Below, piece after piece: positions 53,948 to 64,000 of a stretch of 64,000 nucleotides of DNA. The position numbers and the translations under genes were made by a program. The notes under the pieces were generated by a model, which worked only from the letters and a program-made list of their open reading frames with translations, was not told where the DNA came from and did not search any database. Source of the DNA: Eledone cirrhosa (taxonomy: Eukaryota); assembly GCA_964016885.1 (NCBI GenBank), contig OZ024740.1:154690001-154754000 (forward strand). Reading direction: 5' to 3'. Every line of letters begins with the position of its first letter. The first letter of the stretch is position 1.

Positions 53948-53965
53948 TATACTAATATATATATA

Positions 53966-54495
53966 TCATCATCATCATTGTTTTTACATCCATTTTTTCC
54001 ATGCTTGCATGGGCTGGAGGAATTCTTCTAAGCATGGCATTTTTTCAATCGATGTGTTCCTTCGTTATCTCCTATGTGAGTCCCACAACCTCAGCCAGGT
54101 CTTTCTTAATTTACCTCTACTATGACTTCCTTCCACTGGGATCCCCTGGTGCTTCTTTACCCAGTGATCATAATCCATGCACATCACATGTCTGTACCAA
54201 TGCAGTCTTCTCTCCTGCACACTGCCTTGGATTCCTCTTAGACCCAGCTTTTCCTCAGCCCATCCAAGCACTTTCTCTCATACTTACATTACACATCCAA
54301 CGAAGCATGGTTGCTTCATTTCTCTCCAGTCTATGCATATCCTCTACACTCACTGACCATGTTTCACTACAATGCAGCATTGCACTTCACACACAGGTGT
54401 CGGACAGTCATCATTTTGTATGTGGAAAGAAACTTTTTGAAACAACAGTGGGAGTAGCTCTATAAACTTCTTCCATCCTATCCTTATTATGGCTA
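53966..54495 (-). mobile_element. Old RTE 3' fragment
   Basis: (CAT)n tail at 53967. Minus strand gives IGWKKF and ERRLHWYRHV. Confidence 0.8.
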
Positions 54496-54499
54496 TTAT

Positions 54500-55797
54500 G
54501 TTTTGGAAGTTGAAAGAACCCTCAGTCAGTAACAGGTTTAGTGATATTTTGCTTGACGCCTATGACAGTAAAGAAGAACAGATAAAGACATTCAGTATAG
54601 AAGAACATAGGGAGTTCCTAAAAGATAACCTACTGAAGGTGACAGATGAGATCTGTGGATAGAGCAAGACTACAGAGAGGAGAGTGACTTGGTAGTGGAA
54701 CAATAAGGTAGATGAGACAATTAGGGCCAAGAGATAGACATGGAAACAATGGAGGAATGAGGGGAGCAGGGTACACAACATAGATGCCAGAAGGGAAGCT
54801 AAACAAAAAGTATACTTAGCAAAGATGGAAGCAGAGAATAAAAAGTTCAAGCGTGTTTTACAGCATGAGGACCAGAAGCAGGAGGTGTTCAGGATTGTGA
54901 AGCAGTGTGTTAGAGAAAATTGCAATTTCATTGGTGAAAAGCGTGTTCATGATGATAAAGCAGGCACACATGCCTTCACAGACGCTGAGAAAAAAGCGTT
55001 ATGGAAGAGCCGTTATGAAAGATTACTGAATGAGAAGAATGCATGGGAGAAAGAGACCTTCCCCAAGTGGACCCCATTGAAGGCCCAGCCGTACAAGTCA
55101 GCAATGGTGTAGTAAGTAAGGCAATTAAGGATATGAAGACTAGGAAAGCAGCCAGTCCATCGGAAATAGTTGTCGAGATGCTGGAAGCATCTGGGTCAGT
55201 AGGTCACACCATAACCACACACATTGTAAACCAAGTAGTACTAGATGCCATCATACCAAATGATTGGCACAGCAGCATCATTGTCAACTGCTACAAAGGT
55301 ATAGGAAGACTTGGTATGAGGTGATAAAAGCTGACCTTACTCAATTGCACCTCTCAAAGGCGTTGACAATTGACCGAGATGTCTGGTGTTACATAGTAAT
55401 ACAGAAGACTCAACTCCCCACAGGCACAAAACAAAGCTGAAGCATATATATAGTATGCACCACCCCGCCCCACCCACTCCCATACATCTTTCATGAGGAC
55501 AAGCTGAAGTATACATCCAGTGAAACCTCTAGCCCTACTGTAAAGTGGTCGTGATGGTGACACGACAGAAAGCACCAAGCCCACACTATAAATTGGTCAT
55601 GTAGGTGTCATGACAAAAAGGACCCAGTACTCACTGTAAATGAGATTGGCGCTAGGAAGGGCATCTAGCTGTAGAAACTAAGCCAAAATCAGTTCTGTAT
55701 GAGCGAAACATGGTCCTCCAACCTGATCTCTCACAAAGGGTCAGCTCGTCCTACCCATGCTAGCATGGAAAATGGATGTTAAACAATGATGATGATA
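54500..55797 (+). mobile_element. Old internally deleted RTE fragment with 3' UTR and (GAT)n tail
   Basis: WKLKEP, WKSRYERLLNE, DPIEGP, IVNCYKG, then RTE-type 3' UTR repeats and a tail at ~55787. Confidence 0.75.
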
Positions 55798-56859
55798 TAT
55801 ATATATAGTTTAAAGAAAACAAACAAGGAAGTCAACAATAAAAACAAAAAATATAAATATATATATATATATGAGCAAGACATGGTCACCTGACCTGGTA
55901 TTGCTCACAACCAATTTCATTATCATCATCATCATCGTTTAATGTCTATCTTCCACGCTAGCATTAAAGGATTTAATCTAGTTTTATCATCAGAGTTAAC
56001 TTTATGGTTAGAGTTAGCGTTGTATGTGATGACATTAAACAATTTTTGTTCGTAATTATAAACACCACTAATGTCACTGCATCACTTCCACTCACCCCCT
56101 ATTCTCCACTTTCCAGTTTGTTGTTTGTCAGACATGACCTTTCATTCCCCTTTCCACCACTTTCCCGTCTGTTGCTTTTCACATACTTATCCCCTTACAT
56201 CACTTGCTACCAGTGTAGACAAGTATGAAGGTGAACAGTCACTCCGAGCAAAATAAGATTAAGATTACATGGAGCTTTGTAAGTCATTGACAAGGCAGAC
56301 AGTCTAGAATGGAAGAAACTTCAATTATAAGTGACTCGCCGGGGCAGACGTGCACCTCATAGTCATAATGATAGCAGCTCATCTAGGATTCTGATTAAAT
56401 AACAACTGGCCAGAACAGATGAGAACTCCATAAACCGTAGTGAAGGCAACACCTCTAGGGGGACAGTGGCTCTGATTAAAACCGACTACATGAAGCAGAT
56501 GTGGACTCGGGTTGCCTTCACTATGGCTAACAGTCTAGGAGAGTAGACACTCCAAATAAACTGATATAGGGTAGAGATGACTCTTGAATTTAGTAAGACA
56601 ACCTCTCTAATGCTGGTGGCATGAATAATGCACCCAATTTGCACTGTAAAGTGGTTGGTGATAGGAAGAGCATCCAGCAAGAAAAAACTCTGCCAAAATT
56701 ATGGAAAGCACAACATATAAGATTCACACTAATTGCATATACAGGACTAACACTGGTCATGTTAGTGTTGCATATGGTAGTGGGGTGAACAGAGTAGCCA
56801 TGTACGAGAATCACTTAGCAATCATCAAGAAATGGCACAGCATTTTCCCCTTTCAGTTA

Positions 56860-57230
56860 CAAAGAACTGCTATCCAAGTAACTAACCACTGACAAGTTAC
56901 AAATCTCAGGACTGACACTCTTAATGTTGGCACCCTGAAAGGTAAATCAGGTGAAATTGTGGAGCTGTTAAAGAAGAGAGAAGTGGATGCATTCTGTGAA
57001 GAGGAGGTGAGATGGAGGAGTGTCTCAATGGGACTACTCCCAGGAAAACAACATAAATACAAACTTTTCCAGGTAGGAAATGACGATGGGGTAGGTGGTG
57101 TAGGTATTCTACTAGCTGAGAAATGGATAGATAATGTGATAAAGGTAGTTTGAGTGAATGAATTATCAAGCTTTAGAATAACTGTAAGAAACAGAATGAT
57201 GACAATTACTTCTAACTATGCACTCTCAAG
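56860..57230 (+). mobile_element. RTE endonuclease N-terminal fragment
   Basis: TLNVGTLKGKSGEIVELL, EEVRW, GVGGVGILLAEKW. Confidence 0.75.
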
Positions 57231-57239
57231 AAGGTGATT

Positions 57240-59120
57240 AGAATAGAATCAATAGAGTTTAGTAAAGAAGTAGCAAAGGAAATAGAGCAGACAGCAAGTT
57301 AGTATCCAAACTAAAAGAAGCAATTGGGTGTGACATTGCAACTGTTTTACTAGTTGTGAAAATGGCCCTAAACCAATTTTTCAGTGCGAAACATTGTTGC
57401 ATTGTCGGAACTACATCACGTGCTCTAAGACTTGAAGAAACAAAAGCTGTTAAAATGGCGTGAGTGTCAAAGGCTCAGAATAGCCACAAAGCTAGAATTC
57501 GGTCTTTGACAGACTGAGATGGGTATGTGCTGTTCAATTCCAAGCAGATGTGTGCAGCATTTTGCACAGCTGTTCAGAGTAAGCAGAGAGTCGAAGACAG
57601 TGGTTGACTATAATTCCTACCTCAACAGCCTACTGCAACTCTCAATGAAAGATGCAGAGTACACTGAAAGGCTGATAACACCAACTAAAATACGAGCAGT
57701 TCCAAGTAGCTGTATGAGGTACCGATCGTCCCACTTGGATGGTCTATCCTGCAAGTTCTATGTAGATATGCCAGACTTGTTCGCTGATGTCCTTACAGCT
57801 GATGAGGAAATACATGAACAAGGGGGATGTAATTGAGAATTTCCAGCCTATGACTCTACTCAACACAGAGTTTAAGATTTTGGCCAAGGTCCTTGCAAAG
57901 ATCTTTGCAGGAGTCTGGTCAGAGAAATACAGACATGTACAGTCCCAACCAGGTCTGGTACCTTACTCCAGCCCACGTCTCACCAAATTGGAGCGCCCGC
58001 TTTTTCACTTCTTGTAAAAGGAACAGGTTCCACTGGTAAGGTGGACCATCTGCTGCCAAGATGGTGGGCTCAGCAGGCTGTGGCTGGTGATGTGCAGTTA
58101 TACACCAAGGCTACAGCATTTACAAGTGAAGACCGACACTAGAGGCCTGGCATCTGGAATGTTGTCAGGTTCTCACAGCCTTCCACCAGTTAAGCAATGT
58201 GGTCAGTGGAAATTCGATGTTAGTGTTCTATAGAGGATACATGGTGGGCAAGAGCGACCATGAAATTACGCATTGATGCGAACAAACTAACCAGTCTGTT
58301 GCAGAGAACTTTTGGTCCATGGACTATTGACAATTTCCTGACATCCCTGGCCTGGCAATACTACAGGGGGCACTGCCAGTTCGAGACAAACTCTACAAGC
58401 ACAGAAGTGCTGTGAGATGGACCTATCGAGTTGCATGACAAAACCGTTCTGCACGCATTAATCCAATGTGCAAGCATTGCCGACTTGAGGAGTTTTGTTG
58501 AACAGCTGTTGTCACGTGTAAGACAGATCTGGCTATTGGCCAACCCCATTGTAAAGATTGCTCTGCTGTCTTCCTTTGCCTAAGAAAAACAAGTAGTTGT
58601 TTTCCTCTGACAGGTGGCTATGGCAAAAGAGGTAATGTAGTGGACACAACCCAAACAACTGAAGACAGATACATTCCTCTTCAGCTAAGTCCTCATCAAC
58701 TTTTCCAAATTCCATTTGGAAAAGTGATAATGGAGAGAGTAATGCTACCTCCCAGTATACTTGTTAAATGGTGAGTGAATGTAGCAAAAATTTCTCAAGT
58801 GAATTGACCTATTCTGAGCATGTGCCTGTAGGCTAGAGAGTACAGAGAGGAGAGGAGCACTTTCCTATGGTGCTCTTGGTAGTCAGGTTGGTTTTGGATC
58901 TGTGGAGTTCCAAAATGCCCCTGTGTGGTGCTACCCTTTCCTATTGTGGAATTCTTTTGTAATGAATTTTTCTTTGTTTCTTTATTACTTGTTTTCTTTT
59001 CTTTTCACGCACTTCTTTATATGTGATTCCCTACTGTCCCTCTCTAATGTTGCTGTCTATTATATTGTCCTCATTGTTTTGGACTCTGATGGCCAATAAA
59101 GAAATCATTATTATTATTCT
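57240..59120 (+). mobile_element. Highly degraded L1/Tx1-type LINE ORF2 and 3' end
   Basis: LDGLSCKFY, NFQPMTLLNTEFKILAKVLA, ending aataaagaaatc(att)n. The region overlapping 63650-64000 is homologous to the younger copy. Confidence 0.65.
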
Positions 59121-59830
59121 ATTGTTAAGTAAATCTATTACAAATTCTATTATTGTTACTTCGGGTGGTTTTCTGCTAGCATGTGTAGTGTGTATATTGA
59201 TATTATACGCAAATATATATGCATGTAGATATGATATGTCAAATAAAATCGTAATTGACAATATCCACAGAAATTGAAGAGAGTCTGTGTTACACTCTCT
59301 TCTGTAATCAGTAAAGTAATCCATGATACATGTAAAAAAGACGATATTATATATAAATTGCATTAGGAGAAAATTAGCAACGGAAATATATGCGATGTTT
59401 TTATAAGTGTTATAATATAACGGGCGCTAACCGGAAGTGTTGACATTTAAAAATTTTAAATAAGTGAATCTTTAAATAAGCAATAAAATTATTCATATTT
59501 AATCAAGAGTTATGAAATTTAGTACATAAATTATGTAATATTCATTCATTATTTATTCAAAATAATCCAACTTATTTTACAAACAGGATTAAAAAAATAT
59601 ATTCTGAACGCAGTCCCGCACTCCTTTCTTTATTATAGTTAAGATTCCTGCTGTTTTCTCTTCAATGATATTCCCTTTCTTTTACTCAGTATAAACCTCA
59701 TTTTGTGTTGTTTGTCCCTGTAATCTCCCCAATGTTTTAGGCCCTTCTGACTAATAAAAGAAATCATCATCACCATCATCATCATCCTTATTTATATTAT
59801 TATTATTATCATTATTATTATTATTATTAA

Positions 59831-60062
59831 GGCGGTGGATTGGCAGAATCAGTAGAGCATTGGATACCATGCATCACAGCATAGTTATGTCTCTTTACGT
59901 TCTGAGTTTAAATCCCACCAAGGTTAGCTTTGCCTTTCATCCTTACAGGGTCGATATAATAAAGCACCAGTGATGCACTGGGGTCGATTTAATCGACTTC
60001 CCCCTCTCCCAAAATTGCTGGCCTTGTGCCTAAATCAGAAACCATTATTACTATTATTATTA
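59831..60062 (+). mobile_element. tRNA-headed SINE with a Deu/Nin-like core and (ATT)n tail (best copy of a family with many copies here)
   Basis: A-box-like tggcagaatcag, B-box-like gagtttaaatcc, core ctttgcctttcatccttacagggtcgat..aaag(t/c)accag, tail gctggccttgtgcc..agaaac(att)n. Confidence 0.75.
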
Positions 60063-60064
60063 TT

Positions 60065-60568
60065 GGAAGTATCAGTAGAGGGTCGGACGCCATAGAGTTA
60101 CGTCCCTTTGCGGTCTGAGTTCAAATCCTGCCGAAGTTAACTTTGCCTTTCATCCTTACAGGGTCGATAAAACAAAGTACCAGTCAGTCACTGGGATAAT
60201 TGCTGGCCTTGTGCCAAAAAGTAGAAACAATTATTGTTGTTTCTTCGGTCAGCTTCTAACACTGGAGATGTATTAGTGTTAGATGTTCACTACAAATGAA
60301 CTGAGGTAACACCCCTTATTTTTCGAGTACCTTCTGGATTATTCGGGCTGTTTCAAGCAATGCTGTTTTTTGTAAGTGTTCCATCCATATTGCAATCCCT
60401 ATTTGTTTAATGTACTTTGCAATCCCTAAGTTTTGCCTTTCATCCTTATGAGGTTGATAAAACAAAGTACCAGTAATGCACTGGGGTTGGATTTAATCGA
60501 CTTTCCCCTCCCCAAAAATTGCTGGCCTTGTGCCTATATAAGAAATCATTATTATTATTATTATTATT
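60065..60568 (+). mobile_element. Two further SINE copies (60065-60235, ~60430-60568)
   Basis: Same core and tail as 59831-60062. Confidence 0.7.
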
Positions 60569-63500
60569 GGCGACCTACGTAGTAAATCGTATCATCGTGA
60601 GCTCCGCAAAGGTTTGTTATTTTCAGTTATTTAAAATTGCCATTTATGGAAACATTTTATTGTTAACTATATCTAAGTGCACATACATTGATTTCTGAAA
60701 AGGACACTCAAAAATATTGGGGCCTTGAGCCTAAATTTAAACTTTTTATAATTATCAAACAAAAAGTTTTTTCTTTGAAAAATAATGGATGAATCAGATT
60801 CACTCCTTCCTCACAATCCAACACCTCACACCGACACCACCATTGTAAACATTGCTACGTTTGCCAACACTGGAATTGTAAGCAGTAGCAATATTTTAAA
60901 TTTGTCTCAGGCAGACGTTCATTTCCCGCCATTACCAATGACTGCAGGTATTAAAGCCACCACCCCCACCATCACCACAGCGACAACAGAAACAAAAGAA
61001 AAAATAAATTAACTCATGATATCGAAATGAATTCAACCAAAATGAACTCTTCCACACCGAACACCACTGACGCCATCACCACCACAACTGAAACTAAAAT
61101 TAACAATAGCAAAAATAACGATAACAACAGCAACAATGAAATTAAGAAAACTACCCTGAGTTTTGCCAGAGTAGCAAAAACGTGCGAAGCGATCCAGGTA
61201 ACTCAGGAAGAATTAGACGAAGCCAAAGGAATGGTAAAGAAAGATGGGTACAGGGTCAGCCTTCCCCCCACCACCACCACCACCACCTAATAAAATGGAG
61301 CAACGTCGCCTATGCACCGTGTCTTATCGGACAATAAACATAAAATCGCGCCGAGTGGAACGGGCATCTGAGTCCCAAATCCCAAAAGCTTTGGGACATG
61401 TGTGGGCAAAAAAAACCCACATCAGACGTGGGCAGAAGTATGGAACCGTGGACGTGTTCTTTGAAACATCACAGGAGGCCAGGTAACACTCCATGGCCCC
61501 ATTAAGAAGTGACGACTTCACACTCATCCCAAGCTATTGTTGCCAGAGACTTGTGAAGATCAGGGTAGCCCACCGGCCATCGAAATTCCCTGGCTAATGG
61601 CTGCCGTCCTCGCCGGCATCGAGGCCAACACCAAAAAAATAGAAATAGCAAAAGAAAAGCAGGAGAACTGGTCCGGATCTGGGATGGAGCTCCTGATCCA
61701 AGCGGACCATAAAAGCATTGAAGAGATCCCAGAGGTAATAGACCTCACTGACGGCAGCCACCTCACCGTAATCGTCGAGGGCAGAAGACCTAGGTGTGTC
61801 GTTTGTGGTGAAGGAACCCACCTAAGGGCTTTCTGCCCTCAGGCTAAAAGGTTGAGGCCACCTCTCTTACCCACCCCAGTGACTCAACCATCAACACCAC
61901 CAGCAGCAGAAATAGCAGCAACAACTGTAGCCGCAACAACAGAAGCAACTAACAGCAACAACCCCAGCAACAGTAGCAAAACCACCACCACCCAACGCCT
62001 CAGAACTAGCACCAGCGCCTACACCATCCACCACGCCACAACCAAAACCAACGCCTGTGGAGGATTTTCCACTCCCCGGCTTATCACAACTGGAGACAGA
62101 TTGTGACGACAAGGAATGGGAAACGGTATCAGGAAAAAAGAAAAAAAAAAGAAACCAAAAAAGAAATTCTCTTCCTTCCCCCTCAAAAAACAAAATACAG
62201 AGGGGAAACAAATAAATTATCGAACAAGAAAGTTAAGACAGATATGCCACCATCCACACCAGCATCACTAACCCCATCACCACAACCACAAACACCATCA
62301 CCATCATTAACCCCAACACCACCATCACCAACACCACAAAAGTCACCAAAAAGCGTAACAGAAACAAACCCACAACAAACGCAAACAAAACAAAACAACC
62401 AAAACGATACACACTACACAGCATTAAATTTGAACAACAACCAATTATTACACTACATGCAGCACAACACCAGCATCACAGAAAAAGACTACACAACAAC
62501 CCAAAAGTTCACACCTCCTCCACACATACAAATCACTCGCATCACACAGAAAACGTACACGACACTAAAACAAAAATTCCCCAAAGACATCGGAGACTTC
62601 CGACAAACACTCTCCAGGAGGATTTATAAGGACATCCTTCCGGAGGAGGCCACAAGCAGTGAAAAGGATGGACAAACCATCCTTCCTCTACGAGAAGTAA
62701 GGTAAGTGGTCTTTCCCATCTTTTCCACTCCATTTCAACATGATCTCACTCAGAATAGGCAGCATAAATGCGCGTGGCTTGGGGTCGTCATGGAAGCAGG
62801 GCCACCTGCTCAACGACCTCAGGTCACTAAACATAGATGTAGTGGCCATCAGCGAGACCAGAATCTCCGAAGCACGGGCCTTCGCACCGATCTTCGGCGG
62901 CTACGATGTGTACGCATCTCCCAGCCGTCCGGGATCGGGGGGAGGAGTTGCTGTGCTTTTTCGGAGAGGTTTGGATCTCGCCATACGGGCCATCTTCCTG
63001 GACCCAGAAGGTAAGTTGGTGGTGCTAGATGTGACCAGCGGAGACGGGGAAGCTTTCAGGCTAGTGGCCGTCTATGCCCCGACAGGAGCAGGGCGGCCTG
63101 ATTTCTTCCGGCGTCTGGAGACCTTTCTTGGAACGTCCATCTCTTTAGTGTTAGTGGGCGACTGGAACGGGATCTTAGATGCACGCTGGCACTGTGTGGG
63201 ATTAGCGGATAGGGGAGGAGGGTGCAAGAGCCTCACCAACCTGCTCAGGCGTTTTGAACTGTCTGACAGGTACCGATTGGATTTCCCGAATGTACCAATG
63301 TGAACTTGGACAAATCGCATAGGGTCATCCAGATCATATCTAGATAGAGTATTTTGTAGAGAAATAGATAGGTCTAGCATAGGCTGTCCACAATTCAAGA
63401 TAGTCAGCTACACGGACCACAAATTCGTGATCTGTGTATTTGACTTAGATAGGCTTCATAGACAAGGACCCGGCTACTGGAAGCTAAACGCGTCCTTACC

Positions 63501-64000
63501 AGCGCGCAAGGCCTACAGAGACCGGATTAGCGAACTAGTTAAGCGGGCGTTGACGGGGGCCATCGTCAACAACAAGTGGTGGTTTGCTCTGAAAAGAGCA
63601 ATTAGAATAAGAGTCCATTAGGTTTAGTAAGGCTTTAGCAATAGAGAAAAATAGAGCAGAGGGAGAATTAGTTAGAAAATTAGACGAGGCGCTTAGCAAA
63701 GGCATCGCGACCGACGTACTTGCGGCGAAATTGGCCCTAGACCAATTCTTCAATGCGAAGCACGAAGGCTGCGTTGTCAGAGCTAGGGTGCGTTCTCTCA
63801 GACACGAGGGGACGAAAGCCGTTCAATGGGCCCGAGTGGCGGAGGCGCATCGTGACAACAAAGCCACGATCCGGTCTTTGGTGGACCACGACGGGCGCAT
63901 GCTACTCGATCCCGGGCAAATGTGTGAAGCTTTTCAGCGACACTTCGCTCAGTTGTTCGGGGGCAGCGGCAGGCCGGATCGGGGGATGGACTTTAGTGTC
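60569..64000 (+). mobile_element. L1/Tx1-clade LINE, 5' portion (broken ORF1 with zinc knuckle; ORF2 APE with stop and frameshift), runs off the window
   Basis: ORF1 CVVCGEGTHLRAFC (CX2CX4HX4C, 61795-61836). ORF2 from 62740: IGSINARGL, ISET, VYAP, VGDWN, SYLDRVF, TDHK, GPGYWKLNASL. TGA at 63301. Confidence 0.88.

Noticed and set aside
53966-55300. Twin-priming 5' inversion of one RTE insertion
   Set aside because: The + strand piece has its own 3' UTR and (GAT)n tail at ~55790 and ~1 kb would be missing. Two separate head-to-head fragments is the simpler reading.
60253-60305. Candidate next ADAMTS exon (ag...gtaac)
   Set aside because: It has an in-frame stop and lacks the expected Cys pattern. 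The next exon probably lies beyond the window.

Overview
AT-rich, microsatellite-laden animal genomic DNA. The repeat families look like those of a cephalopod (Octopus-type), which is an inference. Most of the window is transposon-derived: several RTE-clade LINE copies, a Penelope-like (Neptune-type RT + GIY-YIG) element, L1/Tx1-type LINEs, tRNA-derived SINEs and satellites. Eight small + strand exons (8999-49742) that the ORF track does not resolve as a gene splice in frame into an ADAMTS/reprolysin (M12B) metalloprotease: RKR furin site, HEIAHSLNVKHD zinc motif, Met-turn and the start of a disintegrin-like domain. The most striking unannotated layer is a set of type I hammerhead ribozyme (HHR) motifs in non-coding elements that end next to (TA)n tracts. 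These are a 559-bp near-identical tandem array with one HHR per unit (retrozyme-like), a 798-bp ~99% identical intronic inverted repeat with two HHRs per arm, several small fold-back elements, and a decayed HHR at the 3' end of the Penelope-like element that could be their mobilising partner. All calls were made by eye, so coordinates of degenerate repeats are approximate. There is a 200-N assembly gap at 43387-43586.
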